A stretch of 64,000 nucleotides of DNA from Octopus sinensis (GCF_006345805.1 NC_042998.1:203298001-203362000), one strand, 5' to 3'. Numbered from the stretch's first letter, positions 26,716 to 39,115 are shown. Notes: a model not told the origin generated them from the letters alone. Numbers and translations: made by a program.

Positions 26716-26900
26716 TAATAAAAATGATAATGATAATAATATAATAATAATAATAATATAACAATAATAATATAACAATAATAATAATAATATAATAATA
26801 ATAATGATGATAATGATAATAATAATAATATAATAATAATATAATAATAATAATAATGATAATAATAATAATAATAATAATGATGATGATGATGATAATC
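26672..26900. repeat. (AAT)n/(GAT)n trinucleotide array
   Basis: Direct reading; on the minus strand it forms the acceptor context of the 26.6 kb candidate exon. Confidence 0.95.
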
Positions 26901-27187
26901 ATCCACATCGTTGTTGTCTTTGTTAGTCTTGTAATGTTCATCAGATTTACAAAAATGTTCAAAATATTACACTGGTTATTAATTAATGGAATAATAGTCA
27001 GGCAATGAAAAGAAATATAAGTTAAAAAGGTATAAATATAAAAAAAAGACGTTAATGGCAGATATAACGAATTTTGGAATATTTACAATATCGTATTGTC
27101 TGTCTACATTTTGCTATGGGTGTGTATAAGTGTATACACTCACTCACAGACATATGTGTATGTATAAGTAGAGAGAGAAATACATAT

Positions 27188-27885
27188 ACAGGAGTGGCTG
27201 TGTGGTAAGAAGTTTGCTTTCCAACCACATGGTTCCAGGTTCAGTCCCACTGCATGGCACCTTGGGCAAGTGTCTTTTACTATAGCCTCTGGCCGACCAA
27301 AGCCTTGTGAGTGGATTTGGTAGATGGAAACTGAAAGAAGCTTGTCAAACATATATATATATATATCACCGTGACCAACTAGGCTATCAGATGTTTCTAC
27401 ACATCGCTGGTCACAATGCGCTTCACATTGATTTAGCCTTCAAATGATGCCACCCCGCTGGCTAAGCGAGCAGGCCAACAGAAGAAAGAGTGAGAGAAAG
27501 TTGTGGCGAAAGAGTACAGCAGGGATCACCACCACCCCCTGCCGGATCCTCAAGGAGTTTTAGGTGTTTTCGGTCAATAAACACTCACAACGCCCGGTCT
27601 GGGAATCGAAACAGCGATCCTACGAATGCGAGTTTGCTGCCCTAACCACTGGGCCAATGCGCCTCCACACACATATATATATATATATATGTATGTATGT
27701 ATTTGTGTGTCTGTGTTTATCCCTCCACCATCGCTTGACAACCAATGTTGGAGTGTTTATGTCCCCATAACTTAGTGGTTTGGCAAAAGAGACCGATAGA
27801 ATAAGTACTAGGCTCACAAAGAATAAGTCCTGGGGTCAATTTGTTCGACTAAATGCGGTGCTCCAGCATGGCCACAGTCAACACA
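27188..27885 (+). mobile_element. SINE-A split by a minus-strand SINE-D (27365-27667) inserted in its (TA)n tract
   Basis: Head 27188-27350, SINE-D, then the SINE-A tail resumes at ~27700. Confidence 0.85.
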
Positions 27886-28651
27886 TATACCTATAGGTGC
27901 AAGTGTAGCTGTGTCATTAAGAAGCCTTTCTTCCTTAGCAGGTGGTCTTGGGTTCAGTCCCACTGTGAAGTACCATGAGCAAGGGTCCACTGTAGTCCTG
28001 GACCAACCAAAGCCTTATTAATTTGGTTGATAGAAACTAAAAGAAGCCTGTCACTTGAGTGTGTATATGGGGGAGGGGGTCTACAATTGTCTTGACATCA
28101 TGTGATGGTTGTAAACAAACAATGTTGTTCATTTCCCGTTTTCCAAGAAAAACATGTCTGGCCATGGAGGAAGATGGCCTTGCTTGGAAACAGGTGAGAG
28201 TTGGCAACAGGAAAGGCATCCAGAAGTAGAGTATCGACCTCAGTGCCTTGTTTGACCCATGCAGGCATGGGAAAGTGGACATTGAATGAGGATCATAATA
28301 TATATTCAAAGGCCGTGAGTTGGCAGAATTGTTAGTAGACCGGGTGAAATTCTTAGCGGTTTTTAATCTGCCATTATGCTGCGAGTTCAAATTCCGCCGA
28401 GGTCGACTTTGCCTTTCTTCCTTTCAGGGTCGATTAAATAAATATCAGTTACGCACTGGGGTCGATGTAATCGACTTAATCCGTTTGTCTGTCCTTGTTT
28501 GTCTTCTCTATGTTTAGCCCCCTGTGGGCAATAAAGAAATAAATATATATTTGAAACTGAGGCAGACTAACATCTATGTAAATGAAGTAAACAAGTGATG
28601 TGAAATTCCAATTACAGGGGAAATGATTTACATTAACAATTTGCTTAAGTT

Positions 28652-28887
28652 CATTATTTACATTTGATGGATATTTGTCCTCATCTTGTTTGTTGTTAAC
28701 TCAATGTTTCGGCTGATATACCCTCCAGCCTTCGTCAGGTGTCTTGGGGAAATTTCAAACCTGGGTTCTCATTCCTAAGGTATTTTTCGATATTATTATT
28801 ATTATTATTATTCAGGTCACTGCCTGGAATCGAACGTGGAATCTTGGGGTTAGAAGCCCGTGCTGTTAACCACTACGCCATATGCCC
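28652..28887 (-). mobile_element. tRNA-headed short element: head + (AAT)n + hammerhead-like tail
   Basis: Head GGGCATATGGCGTAGTGGTTAA...GTTCGATTCC (A/B-box-like), an (AAT)n spacer, then a tail matching 39920-40070. Confidence 0.75.
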
Positions 28888-28914
28888 AAGACAACTGATA
28901 ATAATAATAATAGC

Positions 28915-29610
28915 AATGGTTTCAAATTTTACCACAAGGGCAGCCATTTTAGAGGAGGGGGACTAGCTGATGACAGTGACCCCAGTACACAACTGGTACT
29001 TATTTTATTGACCCCAAAAGGATAAAAGGCAAAGTTGACCCCAGCAGAATTTGGACTCAGAACATAAAGACAGATGAAATACCGATAATCATTTTGCCTG
29101 GCGTGCTAACAATTCTGCCAGTTTGCTGTCTTTATTATAATAAATAATAATAATAATGATAATAATAATAACAGCTTCAAATTTTTCCACAAGGGCAGCC
29201 ATTTTGGGGGAGAGGTTAAATAAATGAAAATGATCCCCAGTACTCAACTGGTACTTAATTTATCAACCTCGAGAGGATCAAAGGCAAAGTTGTTCTTGGC
29301 ATAATTTGAACTCAGAACGTAGCAGCAGACGAAATAGCACTAAGCCTTTTGCCTGGCATACTAATGATTCTTGTTTCTATATTGCCCACAAGGGGCTAAA
29401 CATGGAGGGGACAAACAAGGACAGACAAAGGGATTAAGTCGATTATATCGACCCCAGTGTGTAACTGGTACTTAACTTATTGACCCTGAAAGGATGAAAG
29501 GCAAAGTTGACCTTGGCGAAATTTGAACTCAGAACGTAACGGCAGATGAAATACTGCTTAGCATTTCGCCCGGCGCGCTAACGACCCTGCCAGCTCACCA
29601 CCTTAACAAT
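28915..29610 (-). mobile_element. Head-to-tail array of three SINE-B copies
   Basis: Repeated ccccagt...aactggtactta...gaaaggcaaagttgacc units, separated by (AAT)n or directly abutting. Confidence 0.85.
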
Positions 29611-29649
29611 AATAATAATAATAACAAAGCTATTACATGTGAATTCAAT

Positions 29650-29890
29650 TATTATGATTATTGTCAGGGTTGGTGACAAGTCTTCTCAATCTGAAGGATA
29701 TTTCTTAAGGCTCTTGCAGAAAATAGAATGTCTCTTTTCTGCAGGCTGACCAATGGGAATCTCAATTCCAGTATCTTTCAGTCTCTTAGGCAGCAGTCTG
29801 GATGCTGTGCCATGTACACCAATTACCATACAAAATAATTGTCGTTTTTGTTCTTCACAATCTCTTCGTTGCTCTGACTAGATCCTGGTC
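29650..29890 (-). mobile_element. Older degenerate RLE C-terminal fragment
   Basis: Frameshifted ...IGVHGTASRLLPKRLKDTGIEIPIGQ.QKRDILFSARALRNILQ, homologous to the 31.6 kb motif. Confidence 0.55.
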
Positions 29891-30689
29891 CATATTTTAT
29901 GTATGCTTTCCCTGCATTCAAATTTGGAAGGCTCATCATCATCATCATTTAACGTCCGTTCTCCATGCTGGCATGGGTTGGACGGTTCGACCGGGGTCTG
30001 GGAAGCCAGGAAGCTGCACCAGGTTCCAGTCTGATCTGGTAGGGTTTCTACAGCTGGATGCCCTTCCTAACAGAAACCACTTCCTGAGTGTAGTGGGTGT
30101 TTTTTACGTGCCAGGGGAAGCTGGCAGCAGCCACAATTGGTTGGTGCTTTTTATGTGCCACCGGCACAGAAGCCAGTCATGGCAGTGCTGGCATCAGCCA
30201 CGTTCGGATGGTGCTTTTTACGTGCCACCGGCACAGGTGTCACAATTACAATTTCCATTTGATATTTATTTTGATATTGATGTACTTGACTCAATAGGTC
30301 TCCTCAAGCACAGCAGGTTATGTGCCACCGGAACAGAAGCCGGTCAAGGCGGCGCTGGCATCGGTCACCATCGGATTCCATCACAGTCCTAGTATTATCA
30401 TTTTGAGACCATTGTCTCCTGAACTTTGTAGCAGTCCACCCTGCTTTATAGAGGGGACACTCGCCGTGGGTGAGGCCTTTACTGGGGGTTCCAGTCTCAT
30501 GAATAAAGTGTAACAACATTCCTTATTTGGCATTTCACTTGTAAAGAAGTCAGCAGTGTTGACGTGTCATAACCACTGGTGTTTTTATCAAGACATTATT
30601 ATTTCTAGGGGATTCTCAGCCAAGGTTAAAGAGACCCTCTTTGTGGTAAACCTAACCCTGCCAAGAACAATTATCATCATCATCATCAT

Positions 30690-31375
30690 TAAGGTGGTGA
30701 GCTGGCAAAATCATTAGCACACCTGGTGAAATGCTTTGAGGTATTCTGGCTATCACTACATTCTGAGTTCAAATTCCACTGAGGTCGACTTTGCTTTTCG
30801 TCCTTTCAGGGTTGAAAAATAAATACCAGTTGAGTACCGGGGTCAATATCATTGACTATCCCTCTCCCCACAAAATCCAGGCCTTGCACCTATAATAGAA
30901 GGGATCATTATTATTATTATTAGGACGGTGAGCTAGCAGAATTGTTAGAACCCTGGGCGAAATGCGTAGCAGTATTTCATCTGCTGCTATGTTTGGAGTT
31001 CAAATTTTGCAGAGGTCAAATTTGCTTTCCATCCTTTCAGGGTTACACACTGGGGTCGATGTAATTGACTAGCCCCTACATTGAACTTGCTGTCCTTATG
31101 CCTTTAGTAGAAAGGACTATTATTATTATTATTATTATTAAGGTGGGGAGCTGGCAGAATCGTTAGCATGCTGGGTGAAATGCTTCGTTGCATTTCATCC
31201 ATTGTTATGTTCTGTGTTAGAATTCCGCTGAGGTTGCTTTTGCATTTCATCCTTTTAGGGTCGATAAATTAAGTACCAGTTGAACACTGGTGGTCTATGT
31301 AACTGACTCATCCCCTCCCCACAAAAATTGCTGCACTTGTGGAAAAATTTGAAACCATTATTATTATTATTATTA
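30690..31375 (+). mobile_element. Head-to-tail array of three SINE-B copies separated by (ATT)n
   Basis: aaggtggtgagctggca at 30691, ggacggtgagctagcag at 30922, aaggtggggagctggcag at 31140. Confidence 0.85.
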
Positions 31376-31378
31376 TTA

Positions 31379-31830
31379 GTCTATGTTTGACTTTTGCTTT
31401 ACATTTGTAGAAGTTGGCTCCAAGTCTTACCCAGAGACCTCAAGAGACAACAAGTTGGAAGTTCATGTTGGTGTTATGCCTAGGGTGCCATATATTTGGT
31501 TTTGTACTTAGTGTTGTACTAGTGAATGTCCAAAAAAAAAGAAGAGAAACGAAAATTATGTTTGTTTTAAACCTTGGGATTACATAGAAAGTATTTTGCG
31601 TAGGATATGAGCAGTTCCCATGAGCACTATCTTTTGAATTTCTGCCTTTTTGGGGTTTCCTGGTATCTGAATTAGGTAGCGATCAGCCCCTTTTGCTATC
31701 ATTCCCAAGGCACCTATGACAACAGGTATTGTTTTAGTCTTCAGCTTCCACATTTTGCTAATTTCTATTTCAAGATCTTTATATTTGCTCAGTTTTTGGT
31801 AGGTCTTGACAGATACGTTTATATCGATTT
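31379..31830 (-). mobile_element. 3' end of an R4/Dong-like (RLE-clade) non-LTR retrotransposon in (TAA)n
   Basis: Open frame 31828-31580: IDINVSVKTYQKLSKYKDLEIEISKMWKLKTKTIPVVIGALGMIAKG...IQKIVLMGTAHILRKILSM*. (TAA)n on both sides. Confidence 0.85.
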
Positions 31831-32449
31831 TATTATTATTATTATTACTGTTATTATTATTACTGTTATTATTAAAGGGCCAGTTTTAGGGGAGGTTTCT
31901 TCAAACATTTGACAACACTGTGTATAAACGCTGTGTATCCGGTCCATTATAATTGTCTCATTTAGTTGAGCTGCGGAAGAAATACAAAACTTCATTCCTC
32001 TACAGAACAACAATGGACAGCAGCAGCAACAACAACAATATTGAGAACGGGTGATAATTTACAGGACTTTCTGCGACAATTGTGCATCTAACATTTTTAT
32101 TTCTTTACAAAGGTAGCAACAACAACAGCAAAAACAACAAACATAGTAGCAAGTATGTATCACCCCCACAACAAACAACCCACCCCCACACAAACACACA
32201 TACTGAATAAGACACAAACACATACAGACCCATACATCGTCCACTGTGTATAGAGATGTATGGTAACATACGCAGATATGCAGACACACACTCACACAAA
32301 ATCCAGTGTGTGTGTGTGTGCGCGTATTTGGTAATAGTGATAAATATGGCACATAGCGAAGATGCTCTTGAAAACATTCGATTATTAATGATGAGTTTGG
32401 AGACGAGAGAGAGAAGACTGCGAAGGAAGCTGAGTGGAATTAGGAAGAG

Positions 32450-32591
32450 TTATGGATAGTGTGTGTGTGTGTGAAATGCACACACACACATGTACACATA
32501 AATGCATGTGCACATACATACATATACATATAAATGCGCATATATAGATACACAGGTATATATAGAGACATACATACATACACACACAAAT

Positions 32592-32623
<32 letters not shown>

Positions 32624-33082
32624 CACACAACTGAAGGCAGTGCCCCACATGGCAGCCAAATGACTGAAATGCGTAAAATACATATATATATATATATACA
32701 CATACATACACACACATTTATATACATATATATACATATGTATATACACACATATATATATATATATACATACATCTATATATAGCCACTCATATACATA
32801 CATACACATGTAGAGGCATACATACATATATATAATATATATATATACACATATACACATACATATTCATACACATACATACATACATGTATGTATATAC
32901 AAACATATATACATGTATATACATATATACATCTATATACATATATACATGTATATACATACATATATACACATATATACATACATATATACACATATAT
33001 ACATACATATATACACATATATACATACATATATACACATATATACATACATATATACACATATATATATACATATATATAC

Positions 33083-33113
<31 letters not shown>

Positions 33114-33351
33114 CATATATATACACATACATATATATACATAGATATACACATACATATATATACATAGATATACACATACATATATATACATAGATAT
33201 ACACATACATATATATACATATATATACACATACATATATATACATGCATATATATACACATACATATATATAAATATATATATACACATATACACATAC
33301 ATATATATGCATACATATACATGCATACATATACATGCATATATGCACATG

Positions 33352-33391
<40 letters not shown>

Positions 33392-33444
33392 CATAATATA
33401 TATATATACATAAATATATATATACATAAATATATATATACATA

Positions 33445-33475
<31 letters not shown>

Positions 33476-33520
33476 ACACACGTAAATATATATATATATA
33501 TACACCCACACACATAAACA
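32450..33520. repeat. Large compound (TA)/(CA)/(TACA) microsatellite field
   Basis: Over 1 kb of near-continuous alternating purine-pyrimidine sequence. Similar fields at 4990-7330, 14330-15230 and 38270-38690. Confidence 0.95.
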
Positions 33521-34068
33521 CTTGCATACATGCACGCAGGCCTATTCCCATGTGGTGTGGGGAGTGTATATAACTCTGCTGATATTTACAGGTGACCAGT
33601 GGTCTGTTAAACAGGATGCTGGTTAAATTGAAGACGATGTGCCATCGCTGGTCAGCAACGTAAACATTAGGCATGAATGAGCAATTGCATTGACCGACAT
33701 GCGTGCGTACGTACACGCATGTGCATGTATGCATGCGCATGCGCATGTGTGTGTGTGTGTGTGCGTGTGTGTGTGTGTGTGCGTGTGTGTGTGTGTGTGT
33801 GTGTGCATTGCCATGCCATAATTAGATGTTAACGACTCTGGTGCACACCGCTCTGGAATAGGGGCGGAAGTGTTGAGTGGTCAGGAGATGGTGCCGGTGA
33901 AGGTGGATGGTGGTGGCTATGAGGAGGAGGAGGAGGAGGAGAGATGATGCAGGCCAAGAAGGATGACAACTGTGTCCCTCCCCGTCCAATGTTACACCAT
34001 CCAGTCTAAACCCACAGCAACTGTTTCATATTTCTCACACATTCATTCCCTTTGCTCAAGTACATAGA

Positions 34069-34415
34069 CAGGCGTGGCCGAGTGGTAAGAAGCTGGCTTC
34101 CCAGCCAAGTGGTTGCGGGTTCAGTCCCACTGCGTGGCACCTTGGGCAAGTGTCTTCTACTATAGCCTCAGGCCGACAAAAGCCTTCAGAGTGGATTTGG
34201 GAGATGGAAACTGAAAGAAGCCCATCATGTATATACACACACACATATGTGTGTGTGTAGGTATGTATGTATATATATATTTCCTCATAATAATAATATA
34301 CATATATACATACACACACCCATCTATATATACATATATCTACATACACACACACACATGTATATATATATATACTCATACACATATACACACACACCAC
34401 ACACACACATGTGTG

Positions 34416-34450
<35 letters not shown>

Positions 34451-34660
34451 TCATCTGTATGTATCTTCGTGACTGTTTGTTCTTCACCACCGCTTGACAA
34501 CGAGTGTAGGTGTGTTTACATCCCTGTGACTTAGCGGTTCAGCAAAAGACACTAGCAGAATAAGTACCAGGCTTAAAAAAAAAATTTAAAAAAACACACA
34601 AGTGCCAGGCTGATTCATCTGGCAAAAGACTCTTCAAGGCAGTGCTCCAGTATGGCCACA
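34069..34660 (+). mobile_element. SINE-A with a ~240 bp internal microsatellite expansion
   Basis: Head 34069-34225, tail 34460-34660. Confidence 0.85.
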
Positions 34661-35243
34661 AACTAATGATTGTATGCTGATATTCACACGCATACCTGTT
34701 ATATACACTGAGGCATATAAACACACCAACACATTTATACACTTACACACAGGAAAGTTGTCATACACATGCATCAATGTACACCTACACACACATACAT
34801 TAATACATAAACATGCACACACACACACACACTCTTCAGTTCTCTCCCACATACACACATGCATACATCAGGACATAAACCCATGCAGAGCTACACGTTT
34901 ATATACTTACACACACATAAAATCACCTTAAGCACCTACATTAATATACACAGACACACACATGTGTATATATATATATATATATATATCAGTAATGCAA
35001 TACAAAGTATCGCCTTCCAGTAAAAAGTAGCCCGTGAGGGAAAAATACACAAATTAGTAAATAAATGGCACAACTAAGTACCGATATTTACTGGAAATAG
35101 TGAACGTAAAAATACGACGCTAATGTGTAGCTTCACCGCATATGTATTAGCAAAAATGCATGTGTGCAACAAAATACAGAAAAAAACTGTCTTACCTCCA
35201 GGGAGAACATCTGAAAGATGAAACACCCGGAAAATGGATAATG

Positions 35244-35313
35244 TGGTACCTGCAGGTTTCAGGTTTTGCAAGATATGTCTCTCACCCATATTTTGCTTTA
35301 CCTTCTTCAGCCA
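35244..35313 (-). ncRNA. Type I hammerhead ribozyme, intact core, palindromic helix III (Penelope-like pLTR)
   Basis: Minus strand: TGG CTGAAGA AGGT[aaaGCAAAATATGggtgagagaCATATCTTGCaaa]ACCT GAAA CCTGCAGG TA CCA. All core positions are canonical; helix I TGG/CCA, helix II AGGT/ACCT, helix III ACCTGCAGGT, GUA cleavage triplet. Confidence 0.8.
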
Positions 35314-35538
35314 AACATATACCAAGACGAAATCTACGATGTTACCACATTAATACTAACACACTCGACTGAAATACGGAACGCTAACAGTACGAGAAAT
35401 GGTGAAGAAGTTTCAAAATATCAGTAATGCAATACAAAGTATTGCCTTCCAGTAAAAAGTACTGTTAGCGTTCCGTATTTCAGTCGAGTGTGTTAGTATT
35501 AATGTGGTAACATAGTAGATTTCGTCTTGGTATATGTT

Positions 35539-35608
35539 TGGTTGAAGAAGGTAAAGCAAAATATGGGTGAGAGACATATCTTGCAAAACCTGAAACCTGC
35601 AGGTACCA
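35539..35608 (+). ncRNA. Inverted copy of the same hammerhead with a C3-to-U core change
   Basis: TGG TTGAAGA AGGT...ACCT GAAA CCTGCAGG TA CCA in the right arm of the 35 kb inverted repeat. Confidence 0.7.
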
Positions 35609-35811
35609 CATTATCCATTTTCCGGGTGTTTCATCTTTCAGATGTTCTCCCTGGAGTTAAGACGGTTTTTTTTCTCTATTTTGTTGCACAAACGCATTTT
35701 TACTAATACATACGCGGTGAAGCTACACATTAGCGTCGTATTTTTACGTTCGCTATTTCCAGTAAATATCGGTACTTAGTTGTGCCCTTTATTTACTAAT
35801 TTGTGTATGTG

Positions 35812-35849
<38 letters not shown>

Positions 35850-35852
<3 letters not shown>

Positions 35853-36150
35853 TGGCGCAATGGCCCAGTGGTTAGGGCAGCAGACTTGCAGTTGTAGGAT
35901 TGCGGTTTTGATTCCAAGACTGGGAGTTGTGAGTGTTTATTGAGCGAAAATACCTAAAGCTGCACGAGGCTCCAGCAGGGGCGATCCCTGCTGAACTCTT
36001 TCGCTACAACTTTCTCTCACTCTTTCTTCTCTTGGTCTGCTCGCTTAGCCAGCGGGGTGGCATCATTTGAAGGCTAAAAACAATGCGAAGCGCATTGTGA
36101 CCAGCAATGTGTAGCAACATCTGATAGCCTGGTCGGTCATTTGATCACGT
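35850..36150 (+). mobile_element. SINE-D head with an alternative tail
   Basis: Same head, tail ...gcttagccagcggggtggcatcatttgaaggc...ggtcac-gtgata; also 27365-27667 (minus). A third tail type occurs at 53455-53765. Confidence 0.85.
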
Positions 36151-36159
36151 GATATATAT

Positions 36160-36799
36160 ATATATATATATACACACATACACACACACACACGCAGGAG
36201 TCACCCTATGAGGGTGGGGATCGAGGATGAGACAGGAAGAGTGAGTAGGAAGTGGTGGAGGGAGGACAGGTGGGAAAGAGAAGGTGTAAGGCAAAGGGGA
36301 GAGAGAGAAGAGGGTGGGTGAAAGGGGTGTAGTTTTTGTTGCCGGACCTTAGGTCAGCCCTGGCTGCATAAACCTATAACCATAAGCATGATAGACGTAA
36401 CCATCCTGTCGCTTTTACAGGTATAGTTTATCTCGGACTACATTATACAATGTGTTCCTTCCTTTCTAAAGTAGTAAGGTATGACGCGAGAGAGATTTGG
36501 CACTAAATTCTAGCGTATCAGAAGACACATTCGAGCCCCCCGCTTTGGTTGACATGGCCCTTCACTGGGTGAATAAACACACACACCCTTACTACAGTGG
36601 TCTCTCTCTCACACACACATAAATATACATTATTAGGTGCAGGAGTGGCAGTGTGGTAAGTAGCTTGCTTACCAACCCCATGGTTCTGGGTTCATTCCCA
36701 CTGCGTGCACCTTGGGCAAGTGTCTTCTACTATAACCTCAGGCTGACTAAAGCCTTGTGAGTGGATTTGGTAAACGGACACTGAAAGAAGCCTGTCGTA

Positions 36800-36838
<39 letters not shown>

Positions 36839-37471
36839 TATACACACATACACACACACACACGCAGGAGTCACCCTATGAGGGTGGGGATCGAGGATGA
36901 GACAGGAAGAGTGAGTAGGAAGTGGTGGAGGGAGGACAGGTGGGAAAGAGAAGGTGTAAGGCAAAGGGGAGAGAGAGAAGAGGGTGGGTGAAAGGGGTGT
37001 AGTTTTTGTTGCCGGACCTTAGGTCAGCCCTGGCTGCATAAACCTATAACCATAAGCATGATAGACGTAACCATCCTGTCGCTTTTACAGGTATAGTTTA
37101 TCTCGGACTACATTATACAATGTGTTCCTTCCCTTTCTAAAGTAGTAAGGTATGACGCGAGAGAGATTTGGCACTAAATTCTAGCGTATCAGGAAGACAC
37201 ATTCGAGCCCCCCGCTTTGGTTGACATGGCCCTTCACTGGGTGAATAAACACACACACCCTTACTACAGTGGTCTCTCTCTCACACACACATAAATATAC
37301 ATTATTAGGTGCAGGAGTGGCAGTGTGGTAAGTAGCTTGCTTACCAACCCCATGGTTCTGGGTTCATTCCCACTGCGTGCACCTTGGGCAAGTGTCTTCT
37401 ACTATAACCTCAGGCTGACTAAAGCCTTGTGAGTGGATTTGGTAAACGGACACTGAAAGAAGCCTGTCGTA

Positions 37472-37510
<39 letters not shown>
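36160..37510 (+). repeat. Recent tandem duplication, ~670 bp unit, bounded by (TA)n
   Basis: gcaggagtcacc at 36194 and 36864; the unit includes a SINE-A head whose tail follows only copy 2. Confidence 0.92.
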
Positions 37511-37522
<12 letters not shown>

Positions 37523-38789
37523 TTATGTGTGTGTGTGTGTGTTTGTGTGTCCCCCCAACATCGCTTGACAACTGATGGTGGTGTGTTTACGTCCCCGTAA
37601 CTTAGCAGTTTGGCAAAAAAGACCGATAGAATAAGTACTAGGCTTACAAAAACAAGTCCTGGGGTCGATCTGCTGGACTAAAGGTGGCGCTCCAGCATGG
37701 CCACAGTCAAATGACTGAAACAAGTAAAAGAGTAAAGCGAGAGAGAGAGAGAGAGAGAGTATTCCTCCCGCTTACAATTCGGGGGTGGGGGTCACACACA
37801 CACACACATGCCCATTACCCCATCACAATGTTCACAAACACACCTGTCACTGCAGGGGTCACCTTGATTAGTTGCCCCCCCCCCACACACACACACTATT
37901 ATACCTAACTACAGGTAAATTCTCCTGGGGAAGGGTGAAGCACATTCCTACAAGCATCACACCCCTAACGCCACCGCCGACACCTAAACACCACAATAAC
38001 CACAACAATTACCAGAACTAACACCACCAACACCACCACCATAACTGTCCATGGCCACCACCACCACCACAACCAGTCTGCCATCACCATCACCACAGTC
38101 GTGGCTATGACTGTCTGCCACCACCATGGCCATCCACCCTCACCCCCAAACAATGTCCACTAATTATGTAGCAATTGAACGGACAGTTTTCCACTTGTGA
38201 AGAGCAATGCCACAAACATCACACTTCACTGACCAGCTTTAATGGATGATTATGGGGCAGGCAGCAGCACATGTGTGCATGCATGCATGCATATATATAT
38301 GTATATATATATATATACACACACACAAGTGCATGAGCATGCACACTCGGATATATATATACACATATATATACACACACATATATATATACACATATAT
38401 ATATATACACACACACACACAGATATATATATATACATACACATATATATATACACACATTATATATATATACACACATATACACACACATATATATATA
38501 CACACAGATATATATATTTACACACATATATATACACATATATACACACACACACACACATATATATACATATACACACACATATGTATATACACACACA
38601 CACACATATATATACATATACACACACATATGTATACACACACACACACACATGCGCATACACACAGATACATGGATATATACATGATGTGGTGGGTAAT
38701 TTTGTCACTATTTCATATTTTTTTATTTCATGCATGCACATTGTTTATTTTTGATTTTGTCGTCTGCACAGTATTGTAGGGTTAGTTGG

Positions 38790-39115
38790 GCACCGTCTGT
38801 GAGAAAAACAGCACCATGATGCAATTCACTCTGCCAGAAGTTTGGAAATGACATGCTGTACTGCTTAGCATTTGCGCCGGAAGCTCTAAAACGAACATTT
38901 CAGAGTGTTTGGGTGTCAATCTGGGCTCAGTGCAATCTGGGGACATGCACCAGGAGTGATAAAAATCAAACATCCAGTCAACATCATGGTGTTTGGAGTG
39001 ATCACTAGTGATGGTGACGTTATGCCTCCACTCATCTTCCCACATGGCCTCACACTCAACATGGCAGCATACATCAAGTGCCTGGAGGCGGTAGTGCTGG
39101 CCATCCTGGAATCCC
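38790..39115 (+). mobile_element. maT/DD37D-like (Tc1-mariner) transposase fragment
   Basis: KIKHPVNIMVFGVITSDGDVMPPLIFPHGLTLNMAAYIKCLEAVVL matches the HP.S.MV.G....DG..MPP..F..G...N...Y pattern. Confidence 0.75.

Larger units (their letters stand above)
34987..35808. mobile_element. Penelope-like terminal structure: ~350 bp inverted arms plus a 43 bp direct repeat
   Basis: Arms 35045-35393 and 35459-35808. The spacer repeats tatcagtaatgcaatacaaagta(t/c)gccttccagtaaaaagta from 34987-35029. Flanked by (TA)n/(TG)n, with a hammerhead in each arm. Confidence 0.75.

Noticed and set aside
32776-33746. Long ORFs (251 and 318 aa) of Y/I/M/C/V or H/T repeats; likewise at 5-7, 15, 19.6-20.1, 38.2-38.8 and 42.5 kb
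   Set aside because: Translations of (TA)/(CA)/(TG) microsatellites, which lack stop codons by composition.
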